Shown here in pieces: positions 37,738 through 47,101 of a stretch of DNA of 64,000 nucleotides. The notes below the pieces were generated by a model. The model did not search any database. It saw only the letters and a list, made by a program, of their open reading frames with translations, and had not been told where the DNA came from. Source of the stretch: a virus; IMG/VR virus record IMGVR_UViG_3300043773_002546, positions 133,310 to 197,309 of that record, one strand, 5' to 3'. How positions within the stretch are numbered: position 1 is the first letter of the stretch; each line of letters opens with the position of its first letter. The position numbers and the translations under genes are program-made.

Positions 37738-40602
37738 ATGTCCCAACCGATTAAACCGGTTGGCACGTCCCCGGTGAAAGCCCAGGGCAGCCAACAGGAC
37801 CCGACCGCCGCCACACGGCGGCTGCAGCAGAATACCCAATACGCCAGCCGTACTGGAACGGCGGCGTATGGCGCACAGCTACAGCCGGTCGCCGACCCAA
37901 ATAGCAAGCTGGTCGGCTTCAAAACCGGTTTTCAGGATACCGGCCGCATTTGCGTCGGCTGGATCATGGACGGAACAGCGATCGCTAACTGTTATCGCGT
38001 CCACGTTGAAAAAAGCCGGGCGCCGATCGTTGCTACGGCGTTAACCGGCACTGCCCAGGCCTGTTTTGGCGCTTCAGAAATTAATACCTACGCGCCGGGC
38101 ACCCAAGTCATCGTGATGGTTCACGATAAGGTGGCCACGGGCTACATCATCGGCGCCGTGCCGGGTGTGCTGGACATTGGCACCAGGGCCTATCACGACT
38201 ACATCACACAAGCGTCGCGGAAGCGTGTCGACGACTGCCATAAGCGGTACCTCAAGCAGCCGATGAGCGGAATGATGGTCGACTGGTCAAACTGGCGGCC
38301 GTGGGACGCCACGCTCGGCGGCGAGTGGGGCGCAATTACGACCACCGGCATGGGCATCAGCGTCGACGACTTCATGGTCAAGCTGAGCGTCAACGAGTTC
38401 ACGGGCGTGTTTGGCTTCTATCACGACTCCCTGCTCCGCATCGGCGGCTACAACTTTCAGACATGGACCGGCGGCCACGAGCGCGACGCTTACGTCGACG
38501 AGGGCGAGTACAACGACTTCAACGGCTGGTCGCCCTATCCCTGGGAGGCCATGGGCGTTCTCAAGCCGGGCACAGAGATTGTTCAGGAGTACGAACCGAA
38601 CGTTTATCAGTGCGCCCTGGGCAAGCCATACTACGCCCACTGGGAAAACAAGCACGAATACCAGCAGCCCTACCACCGGGTGCAGCATTTTTACGGTTAC
38701 CTAGGTCAGGGCGGGCGCATGACGCTGCAGGCCCCGCCCAAGGGCATCGACCGCTGGACCTACAAGAAAGGCAATACCCAGGCGCCTGAAAAGCCCTACG
38801 ACTCGAACATTCAAAGCAAGGACGGCGGCGCGCAGGACTGCAGTGGCGGAGCGGACAAACTCACCGACCACCAAGACAAAGCCCCCATGGGCCTCCACGA
38901 AGACAACGTCGCTATGGACGGGCGGAGGTTCATCTCCAGCGCCAAGGGGATTATCCTCGCTAAACGTATGCTGATCCCGATGCCTGCGCGGCTGAAACGC
39001 CCCGAAGCTGGCGACGGCGACCGCACCGACGACAATTACAAGGCAGCCAGCATCGTCGGCAGCGGCCCAGACCACCCGATCACCGGCGACGTCAAAGCTG
39101 AGGACACCCACAAGAACATGCAGCGGGCCAGCGGCGTGCTTGACCTGCACGCCTACCTGTTTAATTACGCCGGAATCCACCCATTCTATTGGCATTTCAA
39201 AGACTGGAAGGTTTACGAGCAGACCGAGATGCAGTACGCCGAGTACCAGCATCGGGTGCCCGACTTTACTCAACTCCAAGGCTCGATGTACCTGCGCGAA
39301 CCGACGCCGATCCAGATGGAGATCGACCACCGTTACGGGCCGCAGAACTTCTACGAGACTACGGCTGGCATCTCAATTCTTGAGGACGGCAGCATCGTTA
39401 TCAGCGACGGCTACGGCGCCGAAATCAAGATGTCCGGCGGCGCACTGATCCTGTCGGCTCCGGGCGACGTGTGGATGAAGTCCGGTCGTCACGCGCAGAT
39501 TTGGGCGGGCGGCGACGGGATTGTCCGCGCCAACGGCAACGTCGATGTCTCGACGACCAAGAAAAGCGTGCGCATTAAGAGCGAGAAGAACGTGCTGATC
39601 TTGGCGGGCAACAACGCCAACTCCAGCGAGAAAGACGGCGGCGTGCTGATCGAGAGCCGCGCCGACGCGATCTACTACGACTTCGAGAACCCCGGCGACC
39701 AGGTTCGTTTTGGCGGCGTTGCTTTGCGCGCCCCCAACTCTAACGTAGTCGGCCTCGCGCACCAGATTTACTTGCGCAGCGGCGGCGGTAACAACGAGTT
39801 TAAACCCGGCAATATCACCATCGACGCGGGCAAGGGCGAGAAGGACATCGTCACCAAGAGCAACCGGATCTTTAACTACGTCGGCGAGGACGGGCAGGTC
39901 TGCAACTTCTTCTCGCTGGCTGACGCCGGTGATCCGCAGGTGGCGCAGTACTTCTCCAAAGATTACGTGTTGCTTTGCGGTGATTTTGCTGTTGAAAAAA
40001 ACATTATCGCTGGCGGCGGTACGTTATGCCGTGATTTTCTTATTTGCGATGGGCCCATTGTGGGCGACACGGTGGCTTTCCCCTGTACCGGCGAGTGCTC
40101 AAAAGACATCCAAGAGGCCATCGACAAAATTGTCGATTTCCTCAAAAACAAATTGCCTGAAATGGCAAACAAGTTCCACGACGACTATATCGCCAAGATC
40201 TGGTACGACCCGAAAATGGCCGGTAACGACCGCGTCATGGACATCATGGAGTTTTCTTGGCGCACTGACGAGCAGTACAAAATTCCCGACTTCATGCTCT
40301 ACGAAGACCGCTGGCAGCAGATGGCCCGCCTGGCAAACAAGATCCCTAACCGCTGGACGGAAACCGCCGTCAAGAGCAAGGTCGCGGGCGAGACCTATCC
40401 TTTTCCGGGCAAGAAGTGGCTGGAAGAGCCCGGCGCGTATCGCACTCAGGACTTCAACCTTGTCGAGAGCAACGGCGGCAACCTGCGCGACAAGACACGC
40501 GGCGCCGACGGCAACCTCGCCGGGGAGTACCGGGAACCGAAGTTTGCCCAGTCCCAGCCAGACAAGATTAACGGCCAGTATCCGATTGTCGGTAATCCCT
40601 AA
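37738..40602 (+). CDS. Baseplate spike protein (gp5/VgrG-like)
   Basis: 954 aa; OB-fold-like N-region and short beta-strand repeats (GAEIKMSGGALILSAPGDVWMKSGRHAQIWAGGD); no lysozyme motif recognised. Confidence 0.65.
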   Translation: MSQPIKPVGTSPVKAQGSQQDPTAATRRLQQNTQYASRTGTAAYGAQLQPVADPNSKLVGFKTGFQDTGRICVGWIMDGTAIANCYRVHVEKSRAPIVATALTGTAQACFGASEINTYAPGTQVIVMVHDKVATGYIIGAVPGVLDIGTRAYHDYITQASRKRVDDCHKRYLKQPMSGMMVDWSNWRPWDATLGGEWGAITTTGMGISVDDFMVKLSVNEFTGVFGFYHDSLLRIGGYNFQTWTGGHERDAYVDEGEYNDFNGWSPYPWEAMGVLKPGTEIVQEYEPNVYQCALGKPYYAHWENKHEYQQPYHRVQHFYGYLGQGGRMTLQAPPKGIDRWTYKKGNTQAPEKPYDSNIQSKDGGAQDCSGGADKLTDHQDKAPMGLHEDNVAMDGRRFISSAKGIILAKRMLIPMPARLKRPEAGDGDRTDDNYKAASIVGSGPDHPITGDVKAEDTHKNMQRASGVLDLHAYLFNYAGIHPFYWHFKDWKVYEQTEMQYAEYQHRVPDFTQLQGSMYLREPTPIQMEIDHRYGPQNFYETTAGISILEDGSIVISDGYGAEIKMSGGALILSAPGDVWMKSGRHAQIWAGGDGIVRANGNVDVSTTKKSVRIKSEKNVLILAGNNANSSEKDGGVLIESRADAIYYDFENPGDQVRFGGVALRAPNSNVVGLAHQIYLRSGGGNNEFKPGNITIDAGKGEKDIVTKSNRIFNYVGEDGQVCNFFSLADAGDPQVAQYFSKDYVLLCGDFAVEKNIIAGGGTLCRDFLICDGPIVGDTVAFPCTGECSKDIQEAIDKIVDFLKNKLPEMANKFHDDYIAKIWYDPKMAGNDRVMDIMEFSWRTDEQYKIPDFMLYEDRWQQMARLANKIPNRWTETAVKSKVAGETYPFPGKKWLEEPGAYRTQDFNLVESNGGNLRDKTRGADGNLAGEYREPKFAQSQPDKINGQYPIVGNP

Positions 40603-40615
40603 GAAGGAGTAAGAG

Positions 40616-41596
40616 ATGGAACTCGCGGATAACAAGCACGTTTCCGATTTCACCAAAAAGACGCTGACGCAGTTTGGCTGGAAAGACGGCGACCCGATCC
40701 CAGTAGACCTGGGCCCGCTCCTGATCAAGCTCAAGGACACCGCGCCAAAGTCGCCGCGGACCGACGTGCTCATTGATATCAATGTCATTAACGCTGAGGA
40801 CGCCGCGCAGGTCGCCGCGCTGTTAACGGAAGCCAAGCAGTACTTCGCCGATAAAGAGAAGAAGGCCAAAGCCGACGAAGAAACTAAGAACATGAATCCG
40901 GCCCTGGCCGCTGTCTACAAACAGCTCCAACAGCAGGAGTCCGCCAACGCGGAGGCAGAGATTATCGATGACCGCGAAGAGGTCACCGAAGAGAAAGAAG
41001 AAGAAGAGAAAGAAACGACGCCTCCGGCCGAGAACACCGCGGGCGGCGCCGGGCCGATGCTGATCATGCCCTTCTGCCAGCGCTGCGGCTATGACAACCG
41101 GCAAAAGTATGACGTCCAGGTAACAGACCTGGACAAGCAGGATTTCCTGGCCAGCGTCCTGGGCAACGTTCCCTTTCAGCGGAATTACGAGCTCATGGGC
41201 GGCAATCTAAAGATCACCTTCCGCACCCCACTGGCTGACCAAAACAAGATGCTGCACAGGCAGCTGGTGCTCGACCAGAACGCCGGGAAGATCGTCACCG
41301 AAGCGGAATGGTTCGTGCAGATGATGGAGTACCGCATGGCGCTAAGCCTGGCGGCGATCACCAACAAGGAAGGTAAGCCGATCGCCATCGTGCCCAAGTT
41401 GGACGATTTTTTTAACAAACCCGAGCAGTCGTCGCTCGTCGAGCTGAGCGAACACGTAAACCAAACCATCCTGGCCCACGAGGTCACCAGACGGCTTGTC
41501 GGCCAGCACCTCCGACAGTTCCAACGCCTGGTGGAAGCCCTCGAGGCCATGGCCCTTGAACCAAGTTTTTGGGACGGGATCGACTCGCAGCGCTAA
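40616..41596 (+). CDS. Putative tail assembly chaperone
   Basis: SD AAGGAG; acidic linker, CQRC motif, LKITFRTP; lies two genes before the tape measure. Confidence 0.55.
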   Translation: MELADNKHVSDFTKKTLTQFGWKDGDPIPVDLGPLLIKLKDTAPKSPRTDVLIDINVINAEDAAQVAALLTEAKQYFADKEKKAKADEETKNMNPALAAVYKQLQQQESANAEAEIIDDREEVTEEKEEEEKETTPPAENTAGGAGPMLIMPFCQRCGYDNRQKYDVQVTDLDKQDFLASVLGNVPFQRNYELMGGNLKITFRTPLADQNKMLHRQLVLDQNAGKIVTEAEWFVQMMEYRMALSLAAITNKEGKPIAIVPKLDDFFNKPEQSSLVELSEHVNQTILAHEVTRRLVGQHLRQFQRLVEALEAMALEPSFWDGIDSQR

Positions 41597-41967
41597 TGGT
41601 GCGCGCTGCGGCCAAGGGAGTTATCAATTACTCCCAGGCCGATCCCACGGACATTAACTGGCGAATCCGGCACCGGCTGCTCCTAAAGGAAATTCAGCGA
41701 CAAGACGATTACACGGTTTTTGACGCCGTGCACCGGCATTGGTTGGCCTACGTTGCACACGGCGCTTTGACAGAGGAAAGTTTCAAGGCGGTCAAAGAAC
41801 ACGCCGACGAGGCGCTCACCCACGTGCAGGAAGTTATATTTCCGTGGTTGGCGGATCCTGTCGAGGAAAAACCCCAGGAACAAAAAGATACAATAAAGCC
41901 AGAACACGCCGAGTTAATTGAGCGTTACAAACAGCGTTTCGGGAACCCTGCCGTACAAAAAGAGTAG
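41596..41967 (+). CDS. Second tail-chaperone ORF (possible -1 frameshift extension)
   Basis: TAATG overlap with the upstream stop; its frame is open from 41560 and covers a TTTTT run. Confidence 0.5.
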   Translation: MVRAAAKGVINYSQADPTDINWRIRHRLLLKEIQRQDDYTVFDAVHRHWLAYVAHGALTEESFKAVKEHADEALTHVQEVIFPWLADPVEEKPQEQKDTIKPEHAELIERYKQRFGNPAVQKE

Positions 41968-41970
41968 CCG

Positions 41971-44900
41971 ATGGAAGGTTTTCGACCGCCACAATACGCG
42001 CCGGGCCAGAGCAAAGAGCTCATGAACGACCCCATGTCGCTCATGGGAATGATGTTTGGCGTCCCCTTGGCCCAGGGGTTGGCCGGGCCGGGGCACTTCA
42101 TTCCGCACCTCCAGCCCGCGCAAAACCTGGCCGACCAGTACATGTCTGCCCGGTACCAGCGCGACCAAATGAGCTCTGTAAGCGACGCCAGCGCGCGGGG
42201 CAACGCCGCCGTTGCCAGCCGCCTGCTGGGCCTGCGGTCGCTGGTGACCGACGCTCCGGCCACGCCGATGAACCGCGAGCAGGCGAACGTTATCGCCGGA
42301 ATCGCTAATAACCCCATCGCTAAAGCCATGGCCGGGCAAGTCATGGGCCCGGAAAATCTCGAGGCGGTGATGTTCGGCCAGCGGGGCGACCCGTCGGCGC
42401 TAGCCAGCTCGACAAACCGCATGGGCTTCTTCCGCCGCGACACAACGGGCGGCCGTCGGATGAGCGGCGAAGGCATGCAGGAGTTTTCGCAGAACGTCTA
42501 CGAAAACCTCTACGGCAAGGACGCTGACGTCGCCCAGATGCACGGCTTCATGGCCAGTCAGAGCGGCCAGATCATGGAGGGGCTTTTTGAGCGCGGCGCG
42601 CTGCCACAGGCTATGGGCGATATGTCCGCTGCCGACCGCGTGCGGATGCTTAGCAAGTCTCAGCGCGACGACAAGACCGTCACCCGGCTTGCCGAGCAGT
42701 TTGGCCACCGGGACATGATGGCCCGCGACGAGAAGTACCAGCAGGCGACAGAAGAAGAGCGCAAGCTCATGCTCGCCGACAAAACGGACTCTTACAAAAG
42801 CAAGATTCAAACAACCTTTGAGGAGGCCGACCGCTTCACTCAGGGCGACCCGCGGGCCAAGAGCGCCCAGGAGATCGAGCAGACCGAGGGCTACGGCACG
42901 GCGGCCCGTAACGTCGACAGCACCCGCGTCGCCAAGGTCGCCAAGGATTACGCCGGGGCCCTAGACGCAGTTCGCGAGATCTTCGGCGACAGCGGACATG
43001 GCGACGCCCCAATCGCTGCTTTGATGCAAGCCCTCGACCAGTTCTCCGGCGGTTCCGTGCAGCAGGTAGGCACGGAAAAGGTCGAGAAGACTATGCGCGA
43101 GATGCGCGTCGCAGCCCAGGCCGCCGGAGTCGGCGCAGAGCACCTGGGCGAGTTAACGGCCCAAATGAACGCGCAGGGGCAGGCAATGGGGCTCTCGGCG
43201 CCGGTGACTATGCAGGCAACGCTGCAAACCGTGCAGGCAGAACGCGCCATGCGCGAGTCGGGCTCATTTTCTAACCCCAAACTTTTTGGCTCAGTTAACG
43301 AAGCTCGCGGGCAAGAGATCATGCGCGCCCGGATGCTCCGCGGCGAAGCCTCCGGCGCAGCCAAGGCCATGGGCGCGCTAACACGGGCCTACGAAGAGAA
43401 CTCCGAGCTTTACAAAGGCACGGAACTAGAGGCCGCGGTCAAGGCCGCGCAGGACCCCAACAGCGGCTACAAGTACACCTACGACGGCAAGGAGGTCAAC
43501 CTGGCCGAGATGGTCGGCCGGGGCGGACCCCAGGCCCTCTCGCAGCTGGCGTCCAAGTCCGGCATGGATCAGGAGACTTTTAGTTCTTACTTCCTTGATC
43601 CCGGCTCGCAGGAATACGCCCAGAAAAATACGGGATTAGCTTTCGCCGGGCAGAAGTACCAGCTGGCCCGCGATATCACCCGCGGCTTCAGCGGTAACGT
43701 CGCTAGCCGTTTCCGCCGTGACGCCGTGCAAGCACTAAAACCAAACGACATGACCGCCGCTCAGTTTGAGCGGTACAACAACGATATATCGCGCGAGTTT
43801 AGCGGCGCCATGGGCCGCGTAATTGTCGAAGAGACCGGCGGCATGTCTCAGTCCGACCGCGCTGCGCATATGGAAAAGCGCCATACGGACATTCTCGCCG
43901 AGAGCTTTCAAAAACGTGGCGACGACGAAAAGACGGCGCGGCGCAAAGCAGAAACTTATTCTGCGGCGGCTTTCGGTGATTCGGAGGCCAAGCGGCGTCA
44001 AACGTTCGGGGCCATGTCCGCTAGGGCGAACACAGTCTCCAAAAACCTAACCGGCGAAGAGATCGTTGTTAACAGCCAAGTGAACAACGAGAAGGTCGCC
44101 GAGAAGATGCAGGAAGTTCGCGTTGAGGACGCCAATCGCGCCGAGCGTTCCAAGCAGGCCGAGATGGGCATGGAGTCTAACGTCGCCCAACGAGTTGGCG
44201 ACACGCTCGACGCCCTGGGCAAGGACCCAAGCATGTCAGGCGCCGAGGCCGCTCGGCGGATCGCGGCGCCGGTGAACGTGCAGGAGATGCGCAACAAATA
44301 CGGCCCCGAGCTGGCTTCCGGCCTGGCGGCCGCTGAAGGAATGCTCAGTTCCGGCAACGCGGAGACCAAGGCCAACGCTGAGAAGATCATGGCGGGGATC
44401 TACGACGGCACGAACGCCAACGCCGTCACCGGCGGCGCAGCTGCCCTAGCCGACCAGGTTTTCGGTGCTGCTGACGCGCCTGCCTCCAAAGAAATGCGAA
44501 ACCTGATGAGCCGCGCGGCCTCCGGCAATAAGGAGGCTATGCAGCAGGCGCAAGAGCGGATCGCCGCGCAAAACGGCACGAGCGAAGAAGGCCAGGCCAA
44601 AACAAAGCAAGCCATGGACATGCTTGGCGCCTTGGGCAAGGCCAAGGATGTCGATCTTTACGGCGCTGGCTACCGGCCGCCGACCGCCGCGCAGGTCAAC
44701 GCCGAGCAGGCGGCCGAGCAAGACAAACTTCGTACCGTTGGGGCCGATACCGTGCCCGCGTCCCAGGTCGACGAAGAAACAATTAATAATCGCGCTGACG
44801 GCCTCGTGCCGTCCTCGCAGACAATCTCGCCGTCGGATATCGCCGCCGTGCAGGCCGTGGGCGGCGACAACGGCCCGATGGCCGACGCGATTGGCGTCGG

Positions 44901-45837
44901 GCAGCGCCTGGCCACAGCCACCGCCGTGGCCGCGACTATGGGCGCGCCGCGTCTGGCACGAGCCGCCGCAGCCGCGGAAGCAGCTGCAGCAGGCGGCGGG
45001 GTCGCGCAGAGCGCGGTTGATGCCGCAGGGCTCATTAACGGCGCTGCCGGTGCGGCGGACACAGCGGTAAGCGCCACGAATTTTGTTGCCGGGACCCAAG
45101 CAGCCCAAAAGCTCGCCCCTACCGCCGCCGCCAAAGCGGGCGCGTTGATGAGCAAAGCTGCTCCATTTGCGGCGGCGGCTGGCAAGGTCGCGACGGTCGC
45201 AGCGCCGGTACTAGGCGGGCTCACTGGCGCGCTGCAGGCGGACGATGTCAATCGCGGCACGCTCGAGGCCACAGCGTTGGGCGCTTTGACCGGCGACGCC
45301 AAGACAGGCAGCGCAATCAGCGGTTTTGTCGGCATCGAGGAGGGCTCGACGACCGACAAGGCTCTGGGTGTTGCGGGCGCCGCCGCGAACATGGCGATGC
45401 TCGGCGCCGCAGTCGGAAGCTTTGTTCCGGGCGTGGGCACGGCAATCGGCGCTGGCATCGGCGGCCTGATTGGCGCCGGTACAGAAATGTACAAGTGGGC
45501 GACAGAAGACGAGTCTGTGCACGCCAAAACAACTAAGCCGGAAGAAACCGTCGACGCTGTTGCGGCAAGCAACCCGCTGCCTGAGCACGACGCGCAAAAA
45601 TCCGTGCAGCAAGTCGCTAACGCGCAGAGCGCCATCAAACGGACCGTCGAGTCCACGCCGACCGTCCAGGCCAGCGGCGGTCGAGGCAGCAGCGGCGGGG
45701 GCGAGATGAACATCAACGGCACACTGGCGCTCCGCGGCCTTCAAGAGGCACTGATCTCCGCCAGCGCCCAGGTGCCGATGGATTCGCCGGACGGCGGCGC
45801 CCCGGTGTTTAACGGCAACGTAGCGGGAGCGTTCTAA
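41971..45837 (+). CDS. Tape measure protein
   Basis: 1288 aa, Ala/Gly/Met-rich helical, no Cys, C-terminal glycine zipper, after chaperone genes; about 190 nm of tail by the 0.15 nm/residue rule of thumb. Confidence 0.8.
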   Translation: MEGFRPPQYAPGQSKELMNDPMSLMGMMFGVPLAQGLAGPGHFIPHLQPAQNLADQYMSARYQRDQMSSVSDASARGNAAVASRLLGLRSLVTDAPATPMNREQANVIAGIANNPIAKAMAGQVMGPENLEAVMFGQRGDPSALASSTNRMGFFRRDTTGGRRMSGEGMQEFSQNVYENLYGKDADVAQMHGFMASQSGQIMEGLFERGALPQAMGDMSAADRVRMLSKSQRDDKTVTRLAEQFGHRDMMARDEKYQQATEEERKLMLADKTDSYKSKIQTTFEEADRFTQGDPRAKSAQEIEQTEGYGTAARNVDSTRVAKVAKDYAGALDAVREIFGDSGHGDAPIAALMQALDQFSGGSVQQVGTEKVEKTMREMRVAAQAAGVGAEHLGELTAQMNAQGQAMGLSAPVTMQATLQTVQAERAMRESGSFSNPKLFGSVNEARGQEIMRARMLRGEASGAAKAMGALTRAYEENSELYKGTELEAAVKAAQDPNSGYKYTYDGKEVNLAEMVGRGGPQALSQLASKSGMDQETFSSYFLDPGSQEYAQKNTGLAFAGQKYQLARDITRGFSGNVASRFRRDAVQALKPNDMTAAQFERYNNDISREFSGAMGRVIVEETGGMSQSDRAAHMEKRHTDILAESFQKRGDDEKTARRKAETYSAAAFGDSEAKRRQTFGAMSARANTVSKNLTGEEIVVNSQVNNEKVAEKMQEVRVEDANRAERSKQAEMGMESNVAQRVGDTLDALGKDPSMSGAEAARRIAAPVNVQEMRNKYGPELASGLAAAEGMLSSGNAETKANAEKIMAGIYDGTNANAVTGGAAALADQVFGAADAPASKEMRNLMSRAASGNKEAMQQAQERIAAQNGTSEEGQAKTKQAMDMLGALGKAKDVDLYGAGYRPPTAAQVNAEQAAEQDKLRTVGADTVPASQVDEETINNRADGLVPSSQTISPSDIAAVQAVGGDNGPMADAIGVGQRLATATAVAATMGAPRLARAAAAAEAAAAGGGVAQSAVDAAGLINGAAGAADTAVSATNFVAGTQAAQKLAPTAAAKAGALMSKAAPFAAAAGKVATVAAPVLGGLTGALQADDVNRGTLEATALGALTGDAKTGSAISGFVGIEEGSTTDKALGVAGAAANMAMLGAAVGSFVPGVGTAIGAGIGGLIGAGTEMYKWATEDESVHAKTTKPEETVDAVAASNPLPEHDAQKSVQQVANAQSAIKRTVESTPTVQASGGRGSSGGGEMNINGTLALRGLQEALISASAQVPMDSPDGGAPVFNGNVAGAF

Positions 45838-46298
45838 TGTCTAAAAGCATTTTTGCCCAGTGCGACGGCGTAGTCTCCAAAGTGCCGTTTAACTGCGAAA
45901 ACGGCGCGGTATTCAAGTTCACCATCGGCGGCGCAGCGTTGACCATGCCGGTGACGGGATTCCTACTGGAGCTCAGCGGCAACTATCAGTTTCTGCACAC
46001 TGTCAGCGACTTTATCTACTTCTACGCTTTTGGCGACCGTGTCGGCGAGCTGACCATTTCCGGCATGGGTTTTATTGGCAACGGTTGTCCCGGGCAAGAA
46101 GAAGGCGGGCTGTGCAAGGCCTACGGCTATTACATGGACAATCGCATTGCCGCCAAGGGCGACGCGCTGCCGATCAGCATGGACAGCTGCGGCTCGTTCT
46201 TCGCCTTTCTCACCGGCATGCGCTTAGAGATTCCTAAAGCGGATTTGCCCATCGGTCAGTATTCGTTGCGGTTTCATGTCGTACCGAACAAGAATTAA
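45837..46298 (+). CDS. Putative tail-tube initiator (tube-like baseplate protein)
   Basis: 153 aa directly after the tape measure; FYAFGDRVGELTISG pattern resembles tube-fold proteins. Confidence 0.5.
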   Translation: MSKSIFAQCDGVVSKVPFNCENGAVFKFTIGGAALTMPVTGFLLELSGNYQFLHTVSDFIYFYAFGDRVGELTISGMGFIGNGCPGQEEGGLCKAYGYYMDNRIAAKGDALPISMDSCGSFFAFLTGMRLEIPKADLPIGQYSLRFHVVPNKN

Positions 46299-46301
46299 AT
46301 C

Positions 46302-47099
46302 ATGATTAACCACGCGCGCACACTACTGCTGAACGTCTCCGGCGCGACCAACTCCCGCGAGGAGCCTGGGGAAGAGTACACCCCCGAAACCTTTGCGGCC
46401 TTTGAGCTGCCGTCGTTTTTGCAGGCAGTGCGTCGCGTGCTATTGGGCGCGGCTCCAGACCGGTACTTCTTGAACTGCCGAGCACGCGAGCTTATGCAAC
46501 TGCTGCACACTACGGAACTAGCGGAGTATGTTTATCAACTCGACCCGCGCGTGACTTACTGGCCCGAGCAGCCGGGCGTTATAAGCCCGCGGACAGCGAT
46601 CATCAGTACGCAAAACCAGGGCCCAGCGAGCACCAAGCTGTTGCTCTTTGGTACGCCGCGTAGCAACACGCTTTTGGGCCGCTCGCGCTACGGTTACCGC
46701 ATCAGCGTCGAGACCGGTCTGGAGCAGCCTTTCCGGGTGAACATCCGCACGGACGACCTGGTTGATCATTACACCGAATTCAACAACCTTGCTCTGAGCC
46801 CCGTCGTTAATTTTCCCGACGCGCCGCTAAAACTCCGCGTGCAGAACCCGCAAACCGGCGCGGCCTGGTCAGTAACTACAACCGCGCAACCAGATCCAGT
46901 TATTACCACGCTGTTGCCGGTGCTCGAGATTCTTGGCGAGCCGGTGTTGCTGGAGCTGTTCGGCGTCAGCACTAAAGACGAGCCCTATGCTACATTTCGC
47001 AATCTGTGGTTCGATCATCCGCTGCCGGTGTACCGACTGGCCGGGCTGGTGCTAGCCACGATCTATCGCACGGACGAAGTGTACCGCCGCACGAGGTAA
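46302..47099 (+). CDS. Hypothetical baseplate-region protein
   Basis: 265 aa; begins MINHARTLLLN; tightly packed. Confidence 0.55.
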   Translation: MINHARTLLLNVSGATNSREEPGEEYTPETFAAFELPSFLQAVRRVLLGAAPDRYFLNCRARELMQLLHTTELAEYVYQLDPRVTYWPEQPGVISPRTAIISTQNQGPASTKLLLFGTPRSNTLLGRSRYGYRISVETGLEQPFRVNIRTDDLVDHYTEFNNLALSPVVNFPDAPLKLRVQNPQTGAAWSVTTTAQPDPVITTLLPVLEILGEPVLLELFGVSTKDEPYATFRNLWFDHPLPVYRLAGLVLATIYRTDEVYRRTR

Positions 47100-47101
47100 T
47101 T

